DNA of 64,000 nt from an uncultured Candidatus Saccharibacteria bacterium (GTDB lineage Bacteria; Patescibacteriota; Minisyncoccia; Minisyncoccales; CG1-02-41-26), in contig CAZOJF010000001.1 in NCBI GenBank assembly GCA_964580085.1, positions 1,607 through 65,606 of the forward strand, written 5' to 3'. The notes beneath the pieces were generated by a model that ran no database searches, was not told where the DNA came from, and saw nothing but the letters and a program-made list of their open reading frames with translations. The translations under genes were made by a program, and so were the position numbers. Shown one piece after another: positions 37,485 to 48,049 of this stretch. Numbering within the stretch: position 1 is the first letter of the stretch; the number at the start of each line of letters is the position of its first letter.

Positions 37485-39269
37485 ATGAAGTTACCCTTTT
37501 TGAAGAAAAAAAGAGAACAAAAAGAAAGTACTATCCGAACAGAAGTTATTAATATTAAAGATATTATTGCTCCTTCTTCTTTTGAGACCAAACAAAATTT
37601 TTTAAGAGTGGGCGAACGTTTTGCCAAATCTTTCTTTATTTTTTCTTATCCCCGATATCTTTCAACTGGATGGCTATCTCCTATTATAAATATGCAACAT
37701 CCCATGGATATTTCTTTCCATATCCATCCTGTGTCTTCTAATTCTGTTTTAAAAAAACTTAGAAAAAAATTAACAGAAGTTAGAGCTGAGATGATGGAAA
37801 AGGAAGAAAAAGGATTAATACGAGACCCGGTCTTGGAAACTGCTTATCAAGATATAGAAATGTTAAGAGACGGTCTCCAAACTGCTCAAGAAAGAGTTTT
37901 TAAAATTGGAATTTATATTACGGTATATACTGATACTCAAAAAGAATTAAGAAAAATTGAAACTGTACTTCGTTCAATCCTTGAAGCTCGCTTAGTTTAT
38001 ATAAGACCAGCTTTATTCCGTCAAAAAGAAGGATTTGTTAGTTGCAACCCATATTGTTTAGACCAACTCATTGTCCACACAACAATGAATACTGCCCCCT
38101 TATCAAGTATATTCCCCTTTGTTTCCTCTGATCTAAGCGCTAATGAAGGAATTCTCTACGGCATAAATATGCATAATAATTCTTTGGTTTTATTTGATAG
38201 ATTTACTTTAGAAAATGCTAATATGGTAATTTTTGGAATATCTGGAGGAGGTAAGTCTTATGCTATTAAATTAGAAATTTTAAGATATTTAATGCAAGGG
38301 ATAGACACAATCGTGATTGACCCAGAAAATGAATATAAGATTTTATCCGAAGCTGTCGGTGGATCATATTTTAAAATATCTTTAACTTCTCCTGACCATA
38401 TTAATCCTTTTGACCTGCCCCAGCCGATGGAAGACGAAATTCCGGGGAATGTTTTAAAGTCAAATATTATAAATTTAGTTGGTCTTTTGAGAATTATGCT
38501 CGGAGGGTTAACTCCTAAGGAAGATGCTATTATTGATCAAGCTCTTATCGAAACATATGCTTCTCGAGACATTACTCCTGAAAGTGATCCCAATTTATGG
38601 CAAAAAAACATTCCCATTCTTTCTGATTTTGAATCTGTTTTAGAGAATATGACTGGGACTGAATCTTTAGTTGAGAGAGTGAGAAAATTTAGCAGAGGGA
38701 GTTATGCTGACTTCTTTAACCAAAAATCAAATATTTCTATGGATAACAAGTTTGCTGTTTTCGGCATAAGAGATATGGAGGAAGAGTTGCGACCTATAGC
38801 AATGTTTATAATTTTAAGACATATTTGGAACGCTGTTCGTTCGTCTTTAAAGAAAAGAATATTAGTTGTTGATGAAGCTTGGTGGATAATGCAATCTGAA
38901 GATGGAGCTTCGTTTTTATATGGAATTTGTAAAAGAGCAAGAAAGTATTGGCTAGGAGTATCAACTATTACTCAAGATGTTTCTGATTTTATGAAATCAT
39001 CTTATGGGCAACCAATTGTTGCTAATTCTTCTCTTCAACTTTTGATGAAACAAAGTACTTCCAGTATGGAATTAGTTCAAAAAACTTTTAATTTAACCGA
39101 GCAAGAAAAATATCTTTTACTTGAATCAAGTATAGGAGAGGGAATATTTTTTGCTGGACACAAACATGTAGCAATAAGAATTACTGCTTCTTATACAGAA
39201 GATCAAATAATCACAACTTCTCCTGAACAAGTTTTGGAAATAAAAAGAAATAAAAAAATAAATCTTTAA
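37485..39269 (+). CDS. VirB4-like type IV secretion ATPase
   Basis: Walker A GISGGGKS, IDPENEY, INPFD, Walker B VVDEAW, RARKY, ITQ, GEG. Confidence 0.9.
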   Translation: MKLPFLKKKREQKESTIRTEVINIKDIIAPSSFETKQNFLRVGERFAKSFFIFSYPRYLSTGWLSPIINMQHPMDISFHIHPVSSNSVLKKLRKKLTEVRAEMMEKEEKGLIRDPVLETAYQDIEMLRDGLQTAQERVFKIGIYITVYTDTQKELRKIETVLRSILEARLVYIRPALFRQKEGFVSCNPYCLDQLIVHTTMNTAPLSSIFPFVSSDLSANEGILYGINMHNNSLVLFDRFTLENANMVIFGISGGGKSYAIKLEILRYLMQGIDTIVIDPENEYKILSEAVGGSYFKISLTSPDHINPFDLPQPMEDEIPGNVLKSNIINLVGLLRIMLGGLTPKEDAIIDQALIETYASRDITPESDPNLWQKNIPILSDFESVLENMTGTESLVERVRKFSRGSYADFFNQKSNISMDNKFAVFGIRDMEEELRPIAMFIILRHIWNAVRSSLKKRILVVDEAWWIMQSEDGASFLYGICKRARKYWLGVSTITQDVSDFMKSSYGQPIVANSSLQLLMKQSTSSMELVQKTFNLTEQEKYLLLESSIGEGIFFAGHKHVAIRITASYTEDQIITTSPEQVLEIKRNKKINL

Positions 39270-39671
39270 ATGTCTGAACAAGCAGTAGCAGAAAATCAAT
39301 CCGGGGCAACAAGGCTAATGGAAAACATTTTTTCCATAGAGGGAATTATGATGTTGTCTTTTGCTGCTTTTATTGATGTAGGAGAAGCTGTTTTTGAACT
39401 CATCCCCGTAGTCGGAACAATTATTTCGGCAATACTTGACATTATTGCTTTAATATTTATTGGTCTTTTTTGGATGCGTCTATTCAGAGGGCACGGAATA
39501 ACTGCTACTAAAAAAACTGGTTCTGTATTAAAAAAAATAGCAAAAACCGGGAAAAAATATAAATGGTTAAAACCTTTTTGTATGATTTTTGAAATGATAC
39601 CTATTGCTTCAAGTATTGCCCCTTTGTGGGTAGTGGCTGTATTGCTTGAGCTATCGTCTAGAGAAGATTGA
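39270..39671 (+). CDS. Small membrane protein of the T4SS-like locus
   Basis: Hydrophobic segments with repeated ELIPVVG / EMIPIAS motifs. Confidence 0.65.
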   Translation: MSEQAVAENQSGATRLMENIFSIEGIMMLSFAAFIDVGEAVFELIPVVGTIISAILDIIALIFIGLFWMRLFRGHGITATKKTGSVLKKIAKTGKKYKWLKPFCMIFEMIPIASSIAPLWVVAVLLELSSRED

Positions 39672-39684
39672 AAAAATATTTATT

Positions 39685-42411
39685 ATGGCTATCAGTCCTA
39701 AAATAAAAAAACAAATTATATTTATAATATTGGGTATTATTTTTATATCTTGTTTTTATTTGATATGGAGAACATTTATACCCCAAACAAATACTCCTCC
39801 TCCTGAGGAAAAAATTGAATATGAAAAAAAAGATCTTGTTTATTTCCAAATACCTATTGGGAAAATAGTTGAAAATATTGTTTTGAGCAAAGAAGCTGAA
39901 GAAAAAACTGATGAGATTAAAGCCCGAATAAAAGATGTCCGAGATTCATCTGAAAAATTAAAAGATCTTTCTCAAGAGCTAAAGAAACTTACGGATGAAT
40001 GCACTTGTGGCCAATCTTCTTGCCAAGAAGTTGAATGTAAAAATGGATGTTGTTGCCAAGCGCAAGGATGTTCAGCAATAAATACTTGTTCAAAGCCAGA
40101 GGGATGTTTTATAGAAAGCCCTGGTTGTGACCTTTCAAGTGCTTGCCCAGAATCAAATTGCGATATAGAAAAAATCGAAGAAAAAACGCATGAAATGGAA
40201 GAGTTAATAAACAAAATTGAACAAGAACAAAAAAAAATGTTAGTTGCCCAGCTCTCTATAACTAACGATTATCTAAATTTGAACAAAGTCAAAACAATGA
40301 TTTCTTCAACTACAGAGGCTATTGACTATGAAACCTTTTTTAATAGGAAAGATCTGATTCAAATTGAGAACCAAGAAGAAGTTAAAATAGAAACTTTTTA
40401 TGGCTGGCCAAATACTCCCACGATCGAAAAACAGGGACAGACGTTTTTTGATCCGGCTACTATATATTTTGATAAAACAGAAATAAAAAATGAAAACATT
40501 ATTAGCGCGTCTACATGCTTTGAATTATTCATGATTATCTCCAACCAATCCCCAGATAAAATTGCTAAAATAATGGATGAAAACGCTAAAGAAGTTCTGG
40601 GGAAGATAAACTTTGGAGAATTAATACCATCTGCCGACAGAACAAATGAAATCATACAAAAAACAACCAAGGAAACTATCTCTTCTTTCTCTAATAACTT
40701 GTCTGAAAAAATGTCTGATATGCTTTCCGCGAGAATAGCTGAAGCTATTGTAGAAGAAATGAAAGGAGATTCTGGAATTAAAGCCAATTTACCCGTCAAA
40801 TTAATCGAGCCCATGTCTGTTATATTGCTTAAAGAATTACCGGCCGAATTAAAAACTATTTTTGAGGTCGAAATAAAAACAAATGTTTTAAATATTTTGG
40901 CCAACACTGATTTATTTTCACCTAGAATAAGCAACTTATTTTTTGAAAAATTAGAAAAATTTATTCCTGCTGACCTAGCAAATATTCTTTCTCAAAACAT
41001 TGGGAAGATATTGCCCAATAAGCTCATGGGATTAATAAATGAAGATATTATTAAGGAATTATTTAAATTGAACTTGGATGAAACTCTTTCTAATAAAATA
41101 TTGCAAAGAATAAATTCAACCTTAGATATTTCTCTGTTAGATGAGATTGATCAGCCTCTACACTTAAGTTTGACAAATAGTCTATACCCCGGGATAGAAA
41201 ACTTTTTATCTGAAAATATGCCTCAAACCCTCGGTTTCTCGTTCTCAAATAAAGAAGAGTTAACTATTAATATCCATAAAATCTTGGAAGAAAATTTATT
41301 CGATATTTTACACAAGCACTTAGAAACTGAATTAACCTTGAAACAAGCTCGGGACTTTTCTTTGGCTCTGTCTAATTCCGAGATCCTTCAGAAAAAACTT
41401 GAAGAAGACATCTCTAAAAACTTTGACTCAATGATAGAAGAGAATATTGAAAAAATAAAAAAAGAAATATCATATAATATTTCGGACAAAATATCTTTGG
41501 AAATGTCCCCTGAAATAACTAATTTAGCACTGGAAGAGTTTTCTATTAAGGTCTCCAAAGACCTAGGAAAGATTATTTCTTCGGCAATATCAAAAACCGT
41601 TGAACAAGGAATACTTTTGAATTCTCTTTATGAGGTTTTCCCTTCGTTTGAACAAAAAAACTCTAATGAAGATAAAATCTTTTATCCCCAAGACTGCAAA
41701 TTTATGTTGCCCGGGATAAACTCTTCTGCTAAAGAAGACGAACAATTTGAAGCTTGCTGGGGAACTAAAGCTATCTATGATTCTATTTCTGAACAAATTA
41801 ACGTGATGAACAAGATAATAGAATTAATTCAAGACTCTGAAAAAGGATGCAACCCTAATATTTGTTCCCCTCAGTGTGTAGATGCTACCTGTTATGCTAA
41901 AGATTTTTATTGTGGAGAATTTAAATTAGAAGAATTTTTAGGGGCCTGTAGTGAATGGCAAACATCTTATCCAAATGGGCCTTTGCCATGTAAAAGTGTA
42001 TATTCTGATTTTTATAATCAAAACGGAGAATTCAAAGCTTGTCCGTCTATTTATTTAGCAAACGAGTTGGTAAAAGAATACTATTTAAAGATTGAGGATG
42101 CTCATAAAAAAATAAACGAAATATTTAAAGAAAAATATGACCAAAAAAGTTCAAGTTTTAAAGAATTTATTGAAAAAATCGTTAAAAAGTCAGAACTAAT
42201 AAAAGAGCTCGGGAGTGAATTAACCCAGATGACCAACGAGTGTAAATGTAGCAAGACTTCTCTGTGTGAAAAAATTTCTCCTGGGTGCGAACCAAAAGGG
42301 TGCTCTCTTTCCAGCCAATGTTCTGAAACAGATATTAAAAATATCAACGAAAAAATTAACGATATTGAATATGCTATACAAGATTTATATTATAATGCCA
42401 AACAAAAATAA
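39685..42411 (+). CDS. Large membrane-anchored protein with Cys-rich coiled-coil modules and a long helical spacer
   Basis: N-terminal TM; three Cys clusters flanked by heptad helices; likely start MAISPK. Confidence 0.75.
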   Translation: MAISPKIKKQIIFIILGIIFISCFYLIWRTFIPQTNTPPPEEKIEYEKKDLVYFQIPIGKIVENIVLSKEAEEKTDEIKARIKDVRDSSEKLKDLSQELKKLTDECTCGQSSCQEVECKNGCCCQAQGCSAINTCSKPEGCFIESPGCDLSSACPESNCDIEKIEEKTHEMEELINKIEQEQKKMLVAQLSITNDYLNLNKVKTMISSTTEAIDYETFFNRKDLIQIENQEEVKIETFYGWPNTPTIEKQGQTFFDPATIYFDKTEIKNENIISASTCFELFMIISNQSPDKIAKIMDENAKEVLGKINFGELIPSADRTNEIIQKTTKETISSFSNNLSEKMSDMLSARIAEAIVEEMKGDSGIKANLPVKLIEPMSVILLKELPAELKTIFEVEIKTNVLNILANTDLFSPRISNLFFEKLEKFIPADLANILSQNIGKILPNKLMGLINEDIIKELFKLNLDETLSNKILQRINSTLDISLLDEIDQPLHLSLTNSLYPGIENFLSENMPQTLGFSFSNKEELTINIHKILEENLFDILHKHLETELTLKQARDFSLALSNSEILQKKLEEDISKNFDSMIEENIEKIKKEISYNISDKISLEMSPEITNLALEEFSIKVSKDLGKIISSAISKTVEQGILLNSLYEVFPSFEQKNSNEDKIFYPQDCKFMLPGINSSAKEDEQFEACWGTKAIYDSISEQINVMNKIIELIQDSEKGCNPNICSPQCVDATCYAKDFYCGEFKLEEFLGACSEWQTSYPNGPLPCKSVYSDFYNQNGEFKACPSIYLANELVKEYYLKIEDAHKKINEIFKEKYDQKSSSFKEFIEKIVKKSELIKELGSELTQMTNECKCSKTSLCEKISPGCEPKGCSLSSQCSETDIKNINEKINDIEYAIQDLYYNAKQK

Positions 42412-42416
42412 AAAAC

Positions 42417-43142
42417 ATGAAATTTTATTTTAAAATCCTGGGATTATTTTTAGTGTTGCTCTTAATTTATATTGGGGCCAACCTAGAAAAACAAAAAAAA
42501 GAAGTTTTTGCGGAAAACAAAACACTAGTTTGTAATACAAAAATTCCCATTGGAGAGGCCGTAGACGAGACATCCGATTTATTAAATAATGTATATGTTG
42601 AAATGAAGAACATCCACGACACTGTCCCTAGCCAAATAAATGCAGCAAAAGAAATGATTAAGGCTGTCCAAGCATGTAATCTTAAAAACTGTCAACCTGT
42701 TTGCGTTGATATAAGTTGTTATAGTTCTTCTTTAGGAGATGAAAACAACTTATGCTCCCCCAACTGCAAAACAAAATGTATTGCCAAAGAATGTCAGGGA
42801 AAAATTTGTCCTGATTTAGGATTAATTGATGATTTAATCAGCGATTATTTTGAAAAAATAGATAAGTCTTTTAAAGAAATAAATAATCTGTATGCTGAAA
42901 ATATTGAAAAAATTGACCAAAAAATAGAGTTATCCCGAAAAGAATTTAATAATTGTGCTCAGAATGAAACTGCGGAGACGATTAGATGCCAAGATATTTT
43001 TAATAAAAACTATACATTTTCTGTTGAAAAGATTAAAGAATGTGAAATTTTTTGTAAAGAAAATGAAAAAGCAGGAGAAATAACTTCTGCTTGCTTAAAA
43101 TGTCTTTGCTCTTCCTCTATAAATTATTTTTGTTGTGATTAG
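42417..43142 (+). CDS. Secreted Cys-rich protein, paralog of 58132-59052
   Basis: Signal peptide; KIPIGEAVD; Cys cluster; ends INYFCCD. Confidence 0.75.
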   Translation: MKFYFKILGLFLVLLLIYIGANLEKQKKEVFAENKTLVCNTKIPIGEAVDETSDLLNNVYVEMKNIHDTVPSQINAAKEMIKAVQACNLKNCQPVCVDISCYSSSLGDENNLCSPNCKTKCIAKECQGKICPDLGLIDDLISDYFEKIDKSFKEINNLYAENIEKIDQKIELSRKEFNNCAQNETAETIRCQDIFNKNYTFSVEKIKECEIFCKENEKAGEITSACLKCLCSSSINYFCCD

Positions 43143-43144
43143 TC

Positions 43145-43636
43145 TTAATCTATTGATGGTATTATAACTATCTTTCGCATTGGTTCTTCGCCAATGCTTT
43201 TTGTTTCTACGTCTTGCCTCCTTGATAGTTCTAGATGAATAATTCTTCTTTCATAGCTAGACATGGGACTAAGAGTTTTTTCTTTTTTCGACGAAACAAC
43301 TTCATCTGCGAGGCCATTTGCTAACTCTCTTAAATATTCTTCTTTTCTTTGCTTATAATTGTTAATATCAAAGTCAATAAAAATATGTTCTTTGGTTTCA
43401 TCTTCTTCTTGATACAAAACTTTCCCCAGTATTCTTTTTAATAAATGCTGAATGTCCATTAATGTTTGGCCATCTTTCCCTATTAATATCTGCGGTTCTT
43501 GAGTCGTTAATCTTAAGGAAACCGTATTCTCTTTTTTTTGTTTGACTTCAACCTCTCCATCAATATCAAATCCCATCTTCCCTAAAAAGTTTTTTGTTTC
43601 CTGCCCAATTTTTTCTAAATCGTTTTGGTTAATCAT
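43145..43636 (-). CDS. jag: Jag/KhpB KH-R3H RNA-binding protein
   Basis: ILIGKDGQTL, MSSYERRIIH, SIGEEPMR; synteny with yidC. Confidence 0.9.
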   Translation of the reverse strand: MINQNDLEKIGQETKNFLGKMGFDIDGEVEVKQKKENTVSLRLTTQEPQILIGKDGQTLMDIQHLLKRILGKVLYQEEDETKEHIFIDFDINNYKQRKEEYLRELANGLADEVVSSKKEKTLSPMSSYERRIIHLELSRRQDVETKSIGEEPMRKIVIIPSID

Positions 43637-44364
43637 ATTTTTTGAACCTGTTGTTTCGCTTCTTTTTTCACTATATACTGTTCAGCAATAGAAAACAATA
43701 TAGAAACTATCCAATAAAGACCTATAATTGACCCAAATTGCCAAACAATGTAAACCGTGAATAATGGAAAGAAATAAATCATTTGGCTTTGCATTGTTTT
43801 AGAAAAGTCAGATCCTTTACTCTGAGCACCTTGTTTCGGTACCGTGGAAATCTTTAATTGGTAAAATTGTAATGCTCCAGCTAAAAATGCTAAAAATATA
43901 TTTGATTCTGTAAGAATAATTATCCCTAAAAAACTAAAATTAATTAGGCCGGGGTTATTAACAAAACCATAAAGAGATTCATTTAAAGCCTCTGGAGTAA
44001 GCCCTCTTAAAAAAACCTGGTAAAGAGCAATTAAAATTGGGAGCTGCAATAACATCGGTAAACATCCTGAAAATGGATTAATCTTTTCTTTTTGATAAAG
44101 CTCCATTAATAATTTTGTCTGTTTATTTTTATCGTCTTTATATTCTTTTTGTATTTCTTGAATTTTTGGCTGTAATTTTGTCAACGCTCTTTGGGACCTT
44201 ACCCCTCGGATAGAAGAAGGATGTAAAATAAGACGGATAATTAAGGTTAAAATGATTATAGCTATACCAAAATCATGTCCCGGAATATATTGGTAAAGTA
44301 AAATTAATCCATTTAATAATGGTTTGTATAATATTGAGTTGAAAGCCAGAGATAAAATATTCAT
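43633..44364 (-). CDS. yidC: Membrane protein insertase YidC
   Basis: LQPKIQEIQ, INPFSGCLPMLLQLPILIALY, LYW. Confidence 0.95.
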   Translation of the reverse strand: MNILSLAFNSILYKPLLNGLILLYQYIPGHDFGIAIIILTLIIRLILHPSSIRGVRSQRALTKLQPKIQEIQKEYKDDKNKQTKLLMELYQKEKINPFSGCLPMLLQLPILIALYQVFLRGLTPEALNESLYGFVNNPGLINFSFLGIIILTESNIFLAFLAGALQFYQLKISTVPKQGAQSKGSDFSKTMQSQMIYFFPLFTVYIVWQFGSIIGLYWIVSILFSIAEQYIVKKEAKQQVQKI

Positions 44365-44375
44365 ATATTATAATT

Positions 44376-44585
44376 TTATGGCAAATCTATTCCTCCTTGA
44401 TTCCAAGGATTGCATCTTAACACCCTCCAGAAGCCACGTATTAGCCCTCTAGACACTCCATATTTCTTAACCGCCTGATAACTGTATTCTGAACAAGAAG
44501 GGTAAAATCGACAATTTTTTCCTAAAATAGGAGAAATAAATTTTTGATAAAATCTTATTATTTTTAAAAATATTATCTTAAACAT
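44376..44585 (-). CDS. yidD: Membrane protein insertion efficiency factor YidD
   Basis: [22 protein letters not shown]. Confidence 0.95.
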   Translation of the reverse strand: MFKIIFLKIIRFYQKFISPILGKNCRFYPSCSEYSYQAVKKYGVSRGLIRGFWRVLRCNPWNQGGIDLP

Positions 44586-44594
44586 ATTTTAAAT

Positions 44595-44948
44595 TTATTC
44601 AATATTTTTTTCTAAATTAGCTCGTTTTAAAACTTGCTTTACTATTTTTTCCATCTCTGAAAAATCTTTCTCTTTAATCCCTCTCTTAGTAAAAAAAATT
44701 AAATCATATCCTGGTTTAAGGTTGATTAAATTATTTTTTATTATTTCTCTTAACCTTCTTTTGATCTGGTTTCTTGAAGAGGCTTTTTTAGAAATCTTAT
44801 GGCTTACCACAAAACCTATTCTAGTTACATCTATAAGAGAATTTTCAAGAAACTTTAAAACTAAAAATGCTTTCTCTACTTTCTCCCCCTTTTTAATAAC
44901 TTTTTCAAAGTCCTTTTTTTTCTTAAGACAATTTTTTTTATTTAACAC
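44595..44948 (-). CDS. rnpA: Ribonuclease P protein component
   Basis: RIGFVVSHKISKKASSRNQIKRRLRE; GTG start. Confidence 0.93.
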   Translation of the reverse strand: MLNKKNCLKKKKDFEKVIKKGEKVEKAFLVLKFLENSLIDVTRIGFVVSHKISKKASSRNQIKRRLREIIKNNLINLKPGYDLIFFTKRGIKEKDFSEMEKIVKQVLKRANLEKNIE

Positions 44949-44964
44949 AATAAATTTAGTTAAA

Positions 44965-45099
44965 TTAAACTGTCAATTTTTTTCTTCCTTTAGCAATCCT
45001 TCTCGCTAAAACCTTTTTGCCTCCTTTTGTTTTCTTTCTAGCCATAAAACCATGCGTCTTCTTCCTTTTTCTGTTTTTGGGTTTATATGTTATAGACAT
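44965..45099 (-). CDS. rpmH: 50S ribosomal protein L34
   Basis: Manual translation [44 protein letters not shown]; too short for the ORF track. Confidence 0.96.
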   Translation of the reverse strand: MSITYKPKNRKRKKTHGFMARKKTKGGKKVLARRIAKGRKKLTV

Positions 45100-45321
45100 A
45101 TTATTAAATTAAAAATATAATAGACACAAGAATCTATATTATAGTAAAAGATTAACAGAAAACAATGTCTTCGTCAAATATTATAGGACTTGTTTGTAGG
45201 GCATATTCTTTTCCCGTCTTATCCACAGTTTATTGACAGATATTTAGTTTTTGTTGATTTTTATAGCTATTTGCTATATGCTGTAAATAAAAAGATAATA
45301 GAATAAAGGTTTTTATAAACT
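45100..45321. promoter_or_regulatory. rpmH-dnaA intergenic region with DnaA boxes (oriC part 1)
   Basis: Perfect TTATCCACA at 45219-45227 and near-box TTATTGACA at 45230-45238. Confidence 0.75.
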
Positions 45322-46686
45322 ATGATTAACAAAGAAGAACTCTGGCAAGCTGTTCTTGCCCAGACACAACTTAGCACATCTAGAGCTAGTTTTGCTACTT
45401 GGTTTTATAAAACTAAAATTGTCTCTATGGATAATGGAGAAATTTTAATTTCTGTTCCAAATTCTTTTTCCAAGGAATGGTTATCTAAAAAATATCATAA
45501 CTCCATCCTTAAAATTATCCGTAGTTTAAACAAAAACATCCGAACCATAAATTATGTTGTTAATTTAGAAAAGCCTCAAGGCCCCACGAAGAAAAAACAA
45601 CCGACAGAAGAATCAGAAATAAATCAATTGCGTCTTGATAGGTTTGAAATAAACCAAACAACAAATCTTAACCACCATTATACTTTTGACAATTTTGTAA
45701 TTGGTTCTTTTAACGAAACTGCTCACGCTGCTGCTTGGGCCGTCTCTGAAAATCCAGGATTCGATTATAACCCTCTTTTTATTTATGGCGGAGTTGGGCT
45801 GGGCAAAACACATCTTTTAGAGGCAACTGGGAATAAAATTCTGGAAAATTTTTCTAAGAAAAAAATCGTTTATGCCCCTGCGGAAAGATTTACCTCAAAA
45901 ATAGTGACAGCGATTAGAGAACACAAAATCGAAGAACTAAAAACAGAACTCCGAAACATTGATGTTTTAATTATGGACGATATCCAATTTCTAGCTGGGA
46001 AAGAAAAAACACAAGAAGAATTTTTTCATATTTTTAACGCTCTGCGTGAATCAAATAAACAAATAATATTATCTTCGGATAGGCCACCAAAAGCTATCCC
46101 GGCACTAGAAGAAAGATTAAGATCCCGATTTGAAGGTGGAATGATAATGGATATCGGCTTGCCCGATTTTGAGACTAGAATGGCTATATTAAAAACAAAA
46201 TGCGAAGAAAAGAATATTGAATTAAAAGGAGATGTTTTAGAATATATCGCTGCAAATATCCAAAAAAATATTAGAGAGATGGAAGGAGCCTTAAATAGGC
46301 TGTTGATTTTTAATAAAATGAATAATAAATCTCCGGACGTTGAAATTACTAAAAAACTCCTTCATAGTTTAATGCATTTTCCAGCTAGATCTACTAATTA
46401 TAAAAAAATTGTTCAGACGATAGCTCAATTTTATGATTTAAAAAAAGATGATCTTTTAGCTAAAACAAGAAGAAAAGAGATTGTTAGACCCCGACAGATT
46501 GCTATGTATTTACTAAGATCTGAATTAAAAGAATCATATCCGTCTATTGGTAGAAAATTTGGGGGGAAAGACCATACAACTGCAATTTATGCTTGTGAAA
46601 AAATATCCAAAGAAATGGAAAATAATCCTAATTTGATAAATGATGTTAATTTGATAAAACAAAGAATTTATAGTGGAACTATTTAA
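45322..46686 (+). CDS. dnaA: Chromosomal replication initiator DnaA
   Basis: YNPLFIYGGVGLGKTHL, DDIQF, RLRSRFEGG, GGKDHTT. Confidence 0.98.
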   Translation: MINKEELWQAVLAQTQLSTSRASFATWFYKTKIVSMDNGEILISVPNSFSKEWLSKKYHNSILKIIRSLNKNIRTINYVVNLEKPQGPTKKKQPTEESEINQLRLDRFEINQTTNLNHHYTFDNFVIGSFNETAHAAAWAVSENPGFDYNPLFIYGGVGLGKTHLLEATGNKILENFSKKKIVYAPAERFTSKIVTAIREHKIEELKTELRNIDVLIMDDIQFLAGKEKTQEEFFHIFNALRESNKQIILSSDRPPKAIPALEERLRSRFEGGMIMDIGLPDFETRMAILKTKCEEKNIELKGDVLEYIAANIQKNIREMEGALNRLLIFNKMNNKSPDVEITKKLLHSLMHFPARSTNYKKIVQTIAQFYDLKKDDLLAKTRRKEIVRPRQIAMYLLRSELKESYPSIGRKFGGKDHTTAIYACEKISKEMENNPNLINDVNLIKQRIYSGTI

Positions 46687-46924
46687 GTTTTTAATTGTGC
46701 AAAACCAGTAAATAAGTTATAGATTAAATGTGGATTATTTTATAGAAAAAACACTGGACGAAAAATATACATTAATATTAAACATTTTTTAACAATTATT
46801 TCACAACTTAAAAATATTATTTATCAATATTTTACATAGTTAAATCGTGTTATCCCCTAAAAATTGATACCTAATAATAACAATAACTTTATAAATTAAA
46901 TAATTAGTTATTATTAAAAAAAAT
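46687..46924. promoter_or_regulatory. dnaA-dnaN intergenic region, probable oriC with unwinding element
   Basis: Degenerate DnaA boxes (TGTGCAAAA, TGTGGATTA, TTATCCCCT) and a very AT-rich distal segment. Confidence 0.7.
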
Positions 46925-48049
46925 ATGAAAATAGAAATATTAAAAACAAATCTTAAAAAAGCATTAGACGTTATTGAAAAAATAACCAGAAAAAATTTAA
47001 CCTTACCCGCACTTAGTAATGTTTTATTATCTATTGATGGTAATTTTTTAAGATTAGATGCGACTAATCTAGAAATAAGTACTAGTTGGTGGATTTTAGC
47101 TAAAGTAGAAAAAGAAGGTAAAGTTGCTATTCCAGCAACATTTTTTTCCAATTTAGTTAATCTTTTAAAAGATGAAAAAATAAAACTAGAAACCCAAAAT
47201 CAAAATTTACTTTTAAAAACAGAAAATCAAACAACTCAAATTCATGGAATAGATCCTGAAGAATTTCCCATAATTCCTAAAATAGAAAAAGAAGAGATTA
47301 TAATAATGTCTAATAAAAAATTATTAGAATCCCTAAAGCAAATTATTGAAATTCCCTCTATTTCTCAAATTAGACCAGAAATATCAGGTATTTATTTTTC
47401 CTTTAAAAAGAATTTATTAAAAATTGTAGGTACAGATAGTTTTAGATTAGCGGAAAAAAGTATTAATTTAAAAACAAAAAGTAAAAAAGATATTTCTTTT
47501 ATAGTCCCCCAAGACGCCATTAGGGAATTAATTAATATATTAGAACAGGAAGATCAAAATATAATAATATATTATTCTCAAAATCAGATTTTATTCGAGA
47601 ACGAGAAAAAAGAGGCCTCATGTCCTCATATCCAAATTCTTTCTCGCTTAATAGAGGGAGAATATCCAAATTATCAAGAAATTATTCCTAAAAAATATAA
47701 GACAGAAATTGTAGTCAAAAAAGATGAATTTGAAAACCAATTAAAACAAGCTGGGTTATTTAGCGGTAAAATTTCCGAAGTTAAATTGACAGTTGATATT
47801 AAAAAGAAAAAAGTAAAAATATATTCCGAGAGTCCAGAAATAGGAAAAAATGAATCATATATATCAGCGAAAATAAAAGGCGAGGATATGAATGTTTCTT
47901 TTAATTATAAATTTCTAATTTCTGGTTTACAAAATATAAAAAGCTCAGAAGTAATTTTTGAGCTTAATGGAGACGAAGGACCTGGTGTTTTAAAGCCAGT
48001 TGGAGATGAAAACTATATTTATGTATCTATGCCCATTAAATTAAATTAA
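46925..48049 (+). CDS. dnaN: DNA polymerase III beta clamp
   Basis: ATNLE, EEFP, GTDSFRLAE, RLIEGEYPNYQ, MPI. Confidence 0.97.
   Translation: MKIEILKTNLKKALDVIEKITRKNLTLPALSNVLLSIDGNFLRLDATNLEISTSWWILAKVEKEGKVAIPATFFSNLVNLLKDEKIKLETQNQNLLLKTENQTTQIHGIDPEEFPIIPKIEKEEIIIMSNKKLLESLKQIIEIPSISQIRPEISGIYFSFKKNLLKIVGTDSFRLAEKSINLKTKSKKDISFIVPQDAIRELINILEQEDQNIIIYYSQNQILFENEKKEASCPHIQILSRLIEGEYPNYQEIIPKKYKTEIVVKKDEFENQLKQAGLFSGKISEVKLTVDIKKKKVKIYSESPEIGKNESYISAKIKGEDMNVSFNYKFLISGLQNIKSSEVIFELNGDEGPGVLKPVGDENYIYVSMPIKLN

Noticed and set aside
36395-43142. Integrative conjugative element or prophage
   Set aside because: No integrase, relaxase, att repeats or phage structural genes seen; flanked by core genes
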